64,000 bases of DNA from NCBI GenBank assembly GCA_050084515.1, contig CM114271.1, positions 16,306,001-16,370,000 on the forward strand, read 5' to 3'. The position numbers and the translations under genes are program-made. Below, piece by piece: positions 27,035 through 41,219 of this stretch. The DNA comes from Blasia pusilla. Its lineage: Eukaryota. How positions within the stretch are numbered: position 1 is the first letter of the stretch; each line of letters begins with the position of its first letter. The notes below the pieces were generated by a model. That model worked only from the letters and a program-made list of their open reading frames with translations. It did no database searches and was not told the origin of the DNA.

Positions 27035-27248
27035 TGTCGTGCGCATACATATCGTTACACAACATACATCGCTGGTCACATCTACACAATAAAACACCGA
27101 TCTTCTCCACACACGGGTAGATCCACACATGTACAGAAATCAACTCATACATATACCTGGAGATCACACAATCGCCCCCCTAGCTGGCAGTTGGATCCCC
27201 CTAACTCCAGATAGAAAATATCACATCTCTTTCACATGACCTACTACC

Positions 27249-28700
27249 CTATACGCATCTCGGACATATCCATCGTCTCGTGGGAACTACATCAAGAGGA
27301 GGGGTCAGACATAACATATGCCATCCTTGAGAACAACCATTACATACCAAGGGGTGGTTGCACCCCTCGCAGATCCGCACAACATATACCTCAAGCCTGT
27401 AGGTACCACTGCCAAGCTCGGATCCACTGTCCCGTCCACGTTCGGAAGATGACATGGCGCACAATTGCGCATATGATCCTTCCAAACCCTACCATCTTGT
27501 CCTTCCAACATGAGGGCTCCGATCAGTAATACCTCATGCACACGTAGGATCGTGCGCCCTACAGTGACATCTAGCGTCGTGGGTGCTGCATGCTCTAAAT
27601 ACACGTAATCTCCAGGATAAAACCTCCTAATCCCTGGACAATAACCTCCTCCACGAATGGTTGCGTACCTCAATGTATCTCCATGATGCGCAATAGCAAA
27701 GTTCTCAAAGGCCATAGGCATAACTCTACAAAAAATCTCCGCCCTTTGTGAACACACTTGTACCCACACATCTGGATCATCAAGATCTAACACCTCCGCC
27801 ATGTCACGTTGAATCGCTGCAGGTAAATCTGGCTCTCTCCCAAAGAGCAAAAATAAGGTGAAAATGACGCCAAGGATGCTTGCCAACTAAAGCGGTAACC
27901 CATAACCAACGATGGCAACTATAGGTCCCATTCCGTCAACTGTCCCTGATGCAAGCCACACTTGTGCAATCCTCTCTTCACCATCTGTACTACTCTCTCC
28001 GCCAACCCATCCGCCTCAGGATGATCTCTGGACGTGGTGCAATGATCTATCAGCGCCTGATCACACAAGGCCTGAAACTCTCCCTTGAACTCAGTACCTT
28101 GGTCAGTCAACACCTTCGCCGGTGCACCAAAGTGACTAAGCACACGATCTAGAAACGCATAAGCTGTTCCCTTGCTCATCTTGTCGGGTAGTGCCACCAA
28201 CTCTATTCACTTGGAGAAATGCTCTACCATGACCAACACGTACATGTGATGACGCCCCGTCAATGGCAAAGATCCCGCAAAGTCTAAACTCTACCGATAA
28301 CCTAAACCCATAATCAACAAAAGATGTAAGTGGGAGCATTTAAGGATGCTCGCATTCTATCACGTACCATACATCTGGTCACAAATTGTTGTATACGAGT
28401 ATGCATGCCGCGTCACCAATACTAAACCTAGAGTTAGCTGTAAGTATGCTTTACTCCAAAATGCCCCAACTCCTCATGGGTATGTCGCACTACACGTGCT
28501 CGCTGGGAAGGATGAGGTGCCACTCATATCCTATCATCTCCTCATACCCGCAAAATATGATTCCCCTCCCACCTGAACCTCCTGGCTCTCTGTAGGATCC
28601 GATCCCGCTACCTAGCACTCACTCTGCTCGCTATGACGCCAGTGCGTAAGAACTCCACAACCTCCACATCATCATGGATATCACAACCACCTCTCGCCTC
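27249..28700 (-). pseudogene. Element X integrase with C-terminal PHD finger (frameshifted)
   Basis: LTDQGTEF, ADGLAERVVQ, GDYVYL, VCNGCSQGWHMLCLTPPLDVVPTRRWICPRC. Confidence 0.85.
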
Positions 28701-28899
28701 CTCACCGATCTCCGGATCCAAAGACTTATCATCCAATCCCACCATTGAGTCATCACATGCGACTGATCTACCATATTCAACAATCAAAGATAGGCAGATG
28801 CATGCCAACCGAGCACCATCTCCTCATCACTCTCTTCGTGCCATCGAGCTCCTGTGTCGTCTCTCTGACTCGGACATGGGTTACGACTCAACCCATATG

Positions 28900-30310
28900 C
28901 ATCCTATTTCAACCGACCTAGCCTATGAACCACCTCAAACTCATACTCATGTAGTAATAGAGCCAACGTGGCAAGCTTTCTTGTAAGCTTGGCGGACTCC
29001 ATCAACCACTTCAACGGCTGATGATCAGTGATAAGTGTGAAAGAGTTGCCGAATAAATAGCACATGAAATGTGCCATGACCCACATTGGAGCCAAGCACT
29101 CTCCCTTGTAAGAACTGTATTTTGCCTTTGCAATGTTGTTCAATCAGTTCGCGTAAGCCACAACGAACTCCCTCTCCTCGTTATCCCTCTGAGTAAGCAT
29201 TGCTCCTAGACCCAACATGCTCCAATCCGTATCTAACTCTGTAATGGGCGACCCCTAACCGCTCTCGGTAAAATGGGTGAGGACGTCAACCTGTCCTTGA
29301 GCTCTTGAAATGCTTGCTCCTGATCATCTCCCCACAACCAAACCTGATCAAGTCTCGTCCACAAGGTCAAAGACTTTGCGATCGCATTTAAACCCGTCGA
29401 TAGAAGTTCGCCAGTCCAAGAAACGCTCAGACTCGACTCACATCTGTAGGGCGTGGAATGTGCGCAATAGCCGCCACCTTTATCTAATGAATGCGTAACC
29501 CACTTGGGTATATAGTGTGTCCCAAGTACTCAATCTGCTCCTAAAAGAATCTGCACTTGCCTGGATGTAACTTCAGTCCATGTAACTGCAATCGCCGAAA
29601 CACCTCCTCTAGGCGTCGCTCATGCTCCTCAACCGTGGAGCTGAAGATAAGAATATCATCTTTGTAACATTTTATAAAATCCAAACCAGCCAGAATCCTA
29701 TCCATCACTCTGTGAAACTCCGTAGGCGCGTTCTTCAACCCAAATGGTAAGAACCGCCATTGATACAAGCAATCTCTCCCGAACGTATCTATCCCCTAGA
29801 ATGTTGTCTTCTCCTTGTCCTCCAACCTGATAGGAAGCTGATGATAGCCAACACGGAGATCTAAAATATTGAAGATCTTTGCATGCCCTACTGCATCAAA
29901 GATCTCCTCTGGAGTAGGCATGGCGTACTGATCTGATCTCGTATGTCGGTTGATAGGACGGTAATCTCCACACATCCGCCTATCCGTCCAATTGCCATAT
30001 ATATCCTTCTTCGCCGGCATGATTGTGGCAGATGCATACTCCCCATGTGATAACTCCATAAGTCCTGCCTCCAACAAGTCTTGATTTCCGCTCTGAATCA
30101 AGGCTCACTCCATATCAGAATACCCGTAGGGTCTACGAAAGATCGGCGTATCACTAGCCAACTCAATCCGTATCCTGGGACCCTTCAGCGTACCCAAGTC
30201 TCTCATACCGAAGGCAAAACAACTAACATGCCCTATCAAAAACCTATGAACTTGCCGTCGCTCTCCTCCTATCAACTTGAGACCTATCACGGGCTCCCAA
30301 GTCTCCATCG
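28900..30310 (-). pseudogene. Element X reverse transcriptase/RNase H
   Basis: RMCGDYRPIN, LDLRVGYHQ, LPFGLKNAP, CYKDDIL, TDHQPLKWL. Confidence 0.9.
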
Positions 30311-30703
30311 TGATCTCACTCAGAGAGGGCGCAACCTCTAACTTTGGTTGCTATGTAGCAACCCTAGCCACCTCGGCAACATCCACTCCACTCTGACCTC
30401 CTACCCCATGCTCCACATCCAAAAAATGAACATGTGGTTCTTTGGCCGCCTTCGTACTCTCTGCTCGAACGACGTCCCAGGAAGTCCATGGGTGCCTATC
30501 TCTCCTCGTCCCGCCCCCAGCCAATGCCTATATAGACCCAATGGTCCAACTCGTGGACATGACGGCATGAATGACACTCGCATCCGTCTTCGCTCAACCA
30601 TACCTAGGCTAACTATCCATGTGAGACAGTTGAGATCCATTGCCTGCCCCAAAATGTGTCTCCAAGATGCCTCAGTCATACTTGGCACCGCCGTAGTACC
30701 CGT

Positions 30704-32124
<1,421 letters not shown>

Positions 32125-32128
32125 CCGT

Positions 32129-32990
32129 AGCGAACCCCATGGCGCGCTCGCGCTCATCTGCTGTAGGCTTCTCCTATGCTCGGGTTACCTCATCCCTAAT
32201 CATGCTTGGCCCTCCCTGATGAAAGGCATGGGATGTTGGGAAGCTCACCAACGTAGATAAGGTTGCCCCCACTCCCCCACCCTATTGGCCATCGCCAAAG
32301 GTGATCTTTCATCCCGCGTCACCACTTGAGATTGATGCCCTAAGCCCAAAATAGCATCCACTGTCAGATGTGGGGCTCTCTGGACTCCATCGTATGCTCA
32401 ACTCAGTACCTCTAATGGTATCAGGTTCGTCCACCATAGTCGTGGACGATGGGCGCGTGATCCAACTCTTGCTGCATCTAACAACACAACAGGTCCCAAC
32501 CAGGACCTCATCTGATGCACACTCGTCAACACACGTGCACAAGTGTCTCCCAACAATGGCACGCTCTCCAAAATTTATGCCGGAGAATATGTCTGACTCT
32601 CCTGCAAGTGTCGCACTACTCGTAGCATCTCCCAAAATATCCTTGACCTCGGATCCTGCAATCCAAACCTTCGGCCAACTTATGAATGAGCATGACATGG
32701 CCATCCAGCAATCACCAAATGAATGGTGCCAACTTTATCCAGATCCTGCGCCCCCACCAAAGAGATATCGGTGGGTAATGTATGCTGATATCCTCGTACT
32801 GCAGATACCAGAAACAACTCAGGATACCTCTGGACCAATCTCGCTACGTGACGTAATGATACTCGTTGTGCGGTCTCATCTCTCTCCGCATAAAGGTACT
32901 GATGCACCTGTATGCCCGCCTGCAATACCGGTGCCAATATTGTGATAATCCCTCCGAAGAGATCTAACACCCTAACACCCTCCTCTGGAC
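32129..32990 (-). pseudogene. Element X DNMT3-like C5 cytosine methyltransferase domain (3' part continues at 30590-30703)
   Basis: VRVLDLFGGI (motif I), YAERDE (II), DI (III), LVIAGWPC (IV); RHILGQAMDLNCL (motif X) in ORF 30401-30688. Confidence 0.85.
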
Positions 32991-33299
32991 ACTGCCATAC
33001 AACGAGGGTATCCATTGGGATCAACGTCTCCACTTCAGGGGCCCGATCGCCACCTGACTCTCGCTACTCTGGGATAAAGGCATGACTCCACCCCTGCCTC
33101 ACGAGGTGGTTGGCACTCCTCTGTAGCTCTTGAGTCGTATCCCACAATGGTAAAGAGGTCTCGCCAACATGGGAAGAGGCACCCGCTATGGCCTGTCTCT
33201 CCGTGGGACTATCCGCTACTCGGACATCCTGTGCATGTGCATTCCCCTCCAACAGCTCTCATGACCAGCTTACGCTACTTGTGAAAGCTGCCAACGTGG

Positions 33300-33813
33300 T
33301 GTCATGTCTTTTAGGATAGATCGGTGGGATCTAATAGAGCGCCTTCATGAGTAGTGGAGGACACGCCCAGTAGGTCGAGGGTGACCTGCTGAGGCCCTTG
33401 GAAACCTGAGATAGCAGGTTTCCCCTTCGTTTCGGCTCATTTGGAGCCATATTGAGGAACTTACTATTTTAGGTAAGTACCATTTTGAGTATATGATCGA
33501 CTTACTATTTTTGGTAAGTGGCCCTTGACCTCCTACATCAAGTCAAGAGCCAAGGAGGTGACTTGAGAGAATAGGTTACCATGGAGAGAGCTTGGGAGAG
33601 GAGAGGGGTATACCTCAAGGAGAGAGAGCTTGAGAGCTCATTCTTTCTTTGTTGAACCTCTTGGCATGAGGCGGCGGAGCTATGGTACCTTGCCTTGTGA
33701 GTGTAACCCAAGCCTCTCATTAGGAGAGTGGGTTTGGTTTGACATGAGAGAGAGTGCACACCTTTGAGAGCTATGGTGTGAGATGGTGGAGAGAGAGATT
33801 GGATCTTACTTTA
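33300..33813 (+). repeat. V terminal repeat A1 (514 bp)
   Basis: Direct repeat of 42963-43476; about 9 substitutions and no indels by eye. Confidence 0.95.
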
Positions 33814-33828
33814 CAAAGAGAGAATGAG
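33813..33828 (+). promoter_or_regulatory. Putative self-priming primer-binding site of V
   Basis: ACAAAGAGAGAATGAG is complementary (15/16 plus one G:U) to CTCATTCTTTCTTTGT at 33637-33652, about 28 nt after TATA at 33609. There is no TGG tRNA-type PBS. Confidence 0.7.
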
Positions 33829-35559
33829 AGAATGAGAGAGTGAGAGAGCTTCATGGGGGAGCTCGCTGGTCACTCGCTGTTTTTGCAGGTTGGGGACCGT
33901 GTTCCCCGTTCAGCGGCTCATGGGAGTGCTCACCGGAGCAAGGGCTGCTTTCATTACTCTTTGCATTTGCCGATTTTTCGTGTGGAAGAGTGGCGCGCGG
34001 AAGCGCTGCCCAATTTCTGATAGGGATTGAGTATGGGGGCGGGTTGCCCCATGCTGGTGCTCTCGGGAGCACCATGTAGCTTGCTGATATGTATTTTTAC
34101 AGATGTTACATTTTCGTTGGGAGAAATCAGCGCGGGAGCGCTGCCGAATTTTGTGTAGGAGAAAGAGACATTGGGCTTTACGACAGTCCCCGTCAGTTTT
34201 TACTGAAATTTTCAATTCTAAATATTTTTTGATGATAGCGTAGATCATGAAGCTGTGCACGCTGTGCAACAAATAGTGCACAATTTGGAGTTGCGAGCAA
34301 AAAGTTATGGGCAATCTTATAAAGCTGCCATTGCTAGGCGATTTTTAGGGTTAAATCGTGCAAACCCTAAATCAGCCGCCACACCGGCGGTGGTCGTTGC
34401 CATCATAGTCACCGTCACCGTCGACGGTCAACCGTCACCGTCATCGGTCGGCCGTCACCATCAGCGGTCAACCGTCACTGTCAAGGGTCCACCGTCCATT
34501 GTCCACCCTTTAGGTGCCATTGCCGCGATTACGGAGTGGAGGGTCTTCCATGACGTTCGTTGATTCCTTGACTTGCGTCGCCACCACGTACTTTGTTTTG
34601 GCCGCCACCGTCATCGCAGTTTCTTCACCAACCAGTGAAGGCAGATGACCTCCGGTTATGGTGTTTGAGTTTTGATTTCATCTTTGCTATGTTGTGATTG
34701 GTAGCCGCCGGCGGCGATCGAGTATCGCGGTCGAACGCCCGTAGCCGCTAACGCGCCGCCGATTACCGCGCCCGTGCCGCTCGGGCGCACCGCACCATCT
34801 AGATCGCGGAGCCGCACCGTCATTGTGGAGCAGAGTGTGGGATTATTATTGATTGAGGAGGGTATGCCGAGTGCCATCCCACCATCGAGTGCCGCGGCGG
34901 TTCGTAGCCGTTGCGTCGCCGCAAACGCCGCGACCGTTCAATGGGACCGCATTGTCTATCGAGGAGTTTTGAGCAAGCATCGATGCGGGAGGAGTATGAC
35001 TTGCTGATTGGAGGAGTTGTCTCCACGATCGAGTTGGGGTCGAGATTTGCGATTCTTTGAGGAGCGACATCGACATGTGTTCAGGGTTACCCATTCTGGT
35101 CCTTTACCCTGCACATGTGAGGAATTCTGGTAGTTTATTTGGGGATATTGGGTGTGTGGATGCTGAGAGCATCATTTATGTATGTGGTTTAGGGGACATA
35201 GACCTGTGTGGGATGTCCAGAGTTGAGGGTAGGTTGTCGATGAGATGATAGCCTGGTCGATTTGCCGCACCATGCCGCGTGTTGCCGCACGTTACACGTC
35301 TCGGGGAGAGAGAGTGTAGATCGAGTGCCGCATGTTTGGGATGAGTGATTGAGGGATTCCTCACGAGGTTCAGAGTGATCGGGTGAGAGGGGCACGAGGG
35401 TCATCACGGAGTCTGTTCGGGACTTTGAGAGGCGAGGTGGTGAACCCGAGAGTAGCTCTAGAGGTTTTACGCGGAGTGGCGCGAGGTTTCGAGGGTCTCC
35501 ACGTGAGGGACCACCTCGACCTCCTTCTGTGTCATCGTGAGACGAGGGAGAGGGTGTAG

Positions 35560-36900
35560 AGGAGTTTGTGAGCACATCGCCACACATTGTGAGTGTTCCT
35601 ACCAGTTGGGCGTACGAGATGAACGACCGGGGTAGAGGACCGCGTAGGTTTTTAGGTGCAGTAGGCACGATTGAGTTGCACGATTTTATAGCAGAGTTTA
35701 GGAGTTGGTGCGACTCCTAGCGGGCCAGGAACTCTAGAGAGTTCAACCCGTTTACAGCATGGAAATGTATGTTCTAGCATTTAGAGTGGGCGCCCATGGA
35801 CGATTACCATGAGTTCTCTCACAGATATGCATGTGAGATCGAGGCGTGGAGGCTCTACTATGACCCACATTATGTGTTATGGACGGAGCCATTCCCAGAT
35901 GAGGAGGAGGAGTCAGGAGAGGCTATTGCCTCTTCCACTAGTGACGTTTTAGGAGGGGTCACTCGCACGGGAGCAGTTGCACCGTCTAGTCGGGTTCGTC
36001 CCAGGTTCAACCCTGTAGTTGAGTTCTTTGCTGATTTGAGGGCGAGCTACCAGGGGGTACGGACGGAGAAGTTGCGGAGCATCCACGACTTCCAGAGGCG
36101 CTCGGGTGAGAGTTTGCGTGAGGCTTACACTCGCTTGCGCCGGTTGATCAACGTCACTCAAGGGGTGACAGAGGCTCAGGCTATCCAGTCATGGTATGCG
36201 ATACTGGACCGGACCCTGCGGACACGGGTGCGGGAGGGGGTGCTTCTTATGAACACCTCCCCTACGTTGAGAGATGTTTTTAGGACCGCCGAGAACATTG
36301 AGCGCAACATGGCGGAGGAGAGCGTAGCCACCATGGGTTCTGGCGAGAGCGATCCACGATTGTCGCACCACTGCGGCAAAGAACGTGGACCGAGATGGGT
36401 CGGCAGTGGCACCACGAGCTCGGGGGGGAGGATACCGGGAGGCCGTGCCCACGAGACTGCGCCTTCATATGCGGCTCAACAGCGATCGCCTACTATTACT
36501 TGTTGGTCATGTGGTGGAGCCCATCATCGCCGCGATTGCACTCGTCGGTCACGGGCGTGTGCCTCAAAGATGGAGGAGGAGATGGTCTTTGCACCAGGAG
36601 GTTATCGGTGTGACTATTGTCGAGGTATGGTCATACACGCCCAGGTGTTTTAGTTTACATCTGAGTTACGTCTGGACCGAGGCCCAGAGGGCACCAGAGC
36701 GAGTAGCCGGTTCGGGTGGGCCTAAAGATCGTGCTCGGTGGTCCCGTTGGGGGGAGGAGCTGGAGTTTCCGGACAGGGTGGTGGAGTTGCCCGTGGAGGA
36801 GGTAGAGTACCACCACCTAGACGCCGCCGAGGGAGATGCCGGACGTGAGGCCGGGATGGGCGCTCGATACAAGCGACTACGAGGTCGATTGCCGCTATGG
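35560..36900 (+). pseudogene. Element V gag with zinc knuckles
   Basis: ORF 35796-36653: QRRSGESLREAYTRLRRL (gag major-homology-like), CWSCGGAHHRRDC, CDYCRG. Confidence 0.8.
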
Positions 36901-38310
36901 CATTGAGGTTACCGATGCCGGATCCGTGGCATCGACATCATATGGAGCAGCCAGAGATCCTGGAGGATCCTGGATGGATGTCGGGGTTGCCGGATGGAGG
37001 CGCCGCCGCGGTTGTGCGCGTGGAGCGCCGCAGAGTTGGATCCCAGCGGGGAAGCCGAGAGACAGACTAGGCTTCCTCAATCTTTCACGTTGTCCGAAGC
37101 GATGAGGACCCCATCGATGGGTCCTCATCAAAGTTCCTGGAGAGTTGGTAATGTTGTTGGTGTGCAAGCACGGAGGGCGATGGCAGAAGCGAGTGCAAAG
37201 ACTCCTATTGTTGATGCTCAGGAGGGGCATGTGTCGAGCACGTTGTTGGGGGCGGCCACCGTTGTGTACCGCACTCCTTTATTTCCTGCTTCCGATGTTG
37301 TGACGTTGGGAGGTACGCCCGCCGAGGCTTTTCGGCTGGCCGCTTCACTATGTGAGCGCGGAGTTGGAGTTCATGCATCACGTTCAGAGGTGATTGTAGA
37401 GGAGGTGATGGACCTGCCCTTGGAGCGGATGCTCGGGCCGTCCACGTCAGATTCATGGCAGTGCGATCGCTAGGATGGCGGAGATGCCCGCTAGACCCGC
37501 GATAGAGCATGCCATGGCTTCTCCTGGTGTTGTGTTCTTTGGATAATCGAGGAGAGGTCTTCCGGTTGGTGAGTCCTCGAGGTAGAGCTTTTAGTCTTGG
37601 CAGCCGGCGTCTTGTTGATTCGGGCGCAACCCTTGATGTTGGGGAAAGCGTCATTCAGAGGATTGGGCTTGCGAGCCGATGTGGAGTGTTGTCCATTTCG
37701 GATATAGACATCCTTGGGTGGAGCGAGTACCACCACGATATATCACCGACAGAGGTCGTGGTGAGGATTCGCCGGGACATCCTGAGATGAGTCCGTGGTG
37801 CGCGCCAAGGCGATAGTGATCGATGTTGAGTCCTCGACGTCTTGGTTGGTGGAGCGATGTTATACCCGATGGGGTTTTCCTGGATTCTTGGGAGGAGTCG
37901 GCGTCCCTGAGACCAGGATGGCGTCGGTGATGGGCGCCTTAGCTCATTATTCGTTCGATTCACAGTGCGATGATCGAACGGCCAGAGAGATGGCGACCTT
38001 AGCAAAGCATTTAGCAAAGTGCCATCACTTGGCCTAGTGATTTGATTGAGGACATGTCCATGCAGAGGATACTCCCGTTCTCGACATTTCTATGGAGAGG
38101 AGTGTTATGGTAGTGCATCATTCCGTGGAGGAGAGGTGCATTTGTGGGGCTCGGACCGAGGAGCTTCAACAATTGGCAGATCTTGACGTCGCGGCACAGC
38201 GTGGAGCGAGGCATTTGCACGAGCGTGCGCGGGTCCGAGGAACCCGAGGTAGCGGGAGTGCTATGATGACACCCTTGGATACTACACCCATTGTGTGGTG
38301 TACCGGAGGA

Positions 38311-39270
38311 GGGTATTCGAGTGTTAGATCTCTTTGGAGGGATTAGCACGGGTTAGCTCTGCTTTTGCAGTGCAGGAGTGCGAGTCTGGCAAAGACTTGT
38401 ATGTGGAGAGTGATGATGTTACGAGGCGCGTCTCACTACGATATGTGGCGCAATTACGCCCTCGTTTTCCCGACTTATTGTCTGCGTCCGTAGTACAGGG
38501 TACGAGTTCCCTCACAGAGGATATTTTGTTGTTGGGGCGCAGGACTTAGAGCGGTAGGGACCATTGATTTGGTCATTGCCGGTTGGCCATGTCGGGCCAA
38601 TCGAGTGTTGGACGAGGCAATGGTTCGCCGACACTCGGTCAGGTTGTTTTGGGAGATGTTGAGGGTCTTACGGCAGTTGCAGGAGCACCAATCTCGTTCT
38701 CCAGCCTACATTCTGGAGAATATGCCGATCTTAGGAGACTCCAGGTCACGGGTCGTGACGAGTGCTCATCAGGTGCGTGCCTGGATTGGCCCAGCAGTGT
38801 TCTTGGATGGGGCGAGTGTAGGTTCTAGAGCCCATCGCCCGCGTCTATGGTGGACCAACTTGGTGCCCCAGCGGTGTTATGGAGGGCGTATGCGAGAGTA
38901 GAGCGCCCCTCCCCTTTGTTAGTGGATTCCATTCTGGATCCAGGTCGTCGATCACAGGCAATGAGGCACGATGATCGACCACCGCTGACTGTGGTCAACA
39001 GGGTAGGCAGGCCACGGGCAGCCTTGCCCACGTTTGTGAGTTTTCCCGCTTCCTATGCATACAAGGAGGCCGGTCCTGGCTTGGTTTGGGATGACCAGGT
39101 TCAGCGGTTGGTGGAGCCCAACGCCGACAAGAGAGAGCGAGCGATGGGATTTCCCACAGGAGTGACGGCAGTACCATCAGTGTCAGAGGCATCACGACGC
39201 CATGTCTTTGGTCAGGCGATGGACCTGAACTACTTGACATGGATCCTCAGCTTGGGAGTGGCTGAGCAGC
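38311..39270 (+). pseudogene. Element V DNMT3-like C5 cytosine methyltransferase domain
   Basis: GIRVLDLFGGIS (38311), LVIAGWPC (about 38570-38592), LFWEMLRV, AYILENM (VI), RAHRPRLWWTN (VIII), RERAMGFPTGVT (IX), RRHVFGQAMDL (X). Several frameshifts. Confidence 0.9.
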
Positions 39271-39596
39271 GTCGTATGAGATCGCGACAGATCACAGCGG
39301 TTGCGTTGGTGAGCCCCATGCCTACCGAGACGGTGGAGGTAGTGGCTGGGGGCGAGACCCGAGGAGATCTACGCACCAGGGGAGATCGGGAGAGACACCC
39401 TTGGACTTCTTGGGATGTTTTGAAGGTATGCAAGGAGATGATAGCCACAACATCGAGCGCGGTTTCGGGCACTGCACGTGGAGGAGATCACAGTTTGCAG
39501 TTGGCTGCAGGAGAGCGGCCGAGTGTTTTTGTTCGAGACGGGGTTGCACCATAGCAACCACCGATACCCGCGCCGGAGAGTCCTACTGTAGTCACG

Positions 39597-41030
39597 ATGG
39601 AGACTTGGGAGCCAGATATGGGCCCTAAGTTGACAGGAGGAGAGCGGCGCCGAATACATCAGTTCCTCAGGAGTTATAGGAGCTGCTTTGCGTTTAGCAT
39701 GGAGGATTTGGGTACGCTGAAGGGACCGGGGATCCGCATTGAGTTGTCGAGTGATATGCCGATCTTTCGACGACCCTACAGGTATAGTGATATGGAGAGG
39801 GCTCTGATTAAGAGTAGGAGCCAAGACTTGGTCGGAGCAAGACTAGTGGAGATGTCGCATGGGGAGTATGCATCTGCCACTGTCATGCCCGCCAAGAAGG
39901 ATGTGCATGGCAACTAGACGGATAGGCGGATGTGTGGGGATTACCGACCTATCAATCGGCAGACGAAGTCCGATAGGTATGCCATGCCCACCCCTGAGGA
40001 GATCTTTGATGCGATTGGTCACGCAAAGGTCTTGATTCATTGATTTATGAGTGGATACCATCACCGCCTGCTATCGATTGGAGGACAGGCAGAAGACGGC
40101 ATTTTGGGGCATCGATCCTCACGGGAAGGATTGTTTGTACCAGTGGCGGTTCTTACCATTTGGGTTAAAGAACGCCCCGGCTGAGTTTCAGAGGGTCATG
40201 AATAGGATCTTGGCTGGTCTGGATTTTGCTAGGTGTTATATTGATGACATCGTAGTCTTTAGCGCCACGGTTGAGGAGCATGAGCAACATCTAGAGGAGG
40301 TGTTTCGACGATTGCAACTACATGGGCTGAAGCTACATCCACCAAGTGCAAGTTCTTCTACGACCAGATTGAGTACTTGGGTCATACGATATACCCAGGG
40401 GGCCTTGGTGTTCAGCAGACGAAGGTAGAGGCTATCTCACGCATTCCACGCCCTACAGATGTGAGCCGTGTTCGCGCATTCATGGGATTGGCGAACTTCT
40501 ATCGGCGATACGTCAAGGGATTCAGTTTGATTGGTCTTGGCCGACCTTGCTCACCAAGGTGGATCACGAGTGGCATTGGGGGGATGAGCAGGAGCGAGCA
40601 TTTCAGTTGCTCAAGGACAGGTTGACGTCCGCACCCATCTTGAGGAGACCGATCAGGGGGCGTCCTTTCCAGTTGCACACAGATTGGAGCATGTTGGGGC
40701 TTGGAGCGGTGCTCACCCAACATGATGATGAGGGTAGAGAGTTCGTGGTGGCTTACGCTAGCCGCTCGAACAACGCTGCAGAGGCGAAGTACAGCTCGTA
40801 TGAGGGTGAGTGCTTGGTCATGGTGTGGGTCGCCACATTTTAGGTGTTACTTATTCGGCAACCCCTTTACTATCATCACTGATCATCAACCACTGAAGTG
40901 GTTGATGGAGTCCGATAAGCTTACAGGGAAGCTTGCGAGATGGGCTCTGTTGTTGCAGGAGTATGATTTTCAGGTGGTACATAGACCTGGAATGCTCAAC
41001 CAGGATGCAGATGGGTTGAGTTGTAACCCA
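39597..41030 (+). pseudogene. Element V reverse transcriptase/RNase H
   Basis: YASATVMPAKKD, LPFGLKNAPAEFQRVM, CYIDDIVVFS, FMGLANFYRRYV, LHTDWSMLGLGAVL, YSSYEGECL, TDHQPL. Confidence 0.95.
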
Positions 41031-41219
41031 TGCCCGAGTCAGCGAGATGCAACTGGAGCTCGATGGCATGAAGAGAGTGATGAGGAGTCGGTGCCAAGAT
41101 GGCACGCGTCAGCCTATTTAGGCATGTTGGCTATGGAGAGCCAGAGTGTGGAGACTTCGATGGCGAGGTCTAGTGGAGAGTCTTTGGATCCCGAGGCCAG
41201 TGAGGACACGACAAGTGGC

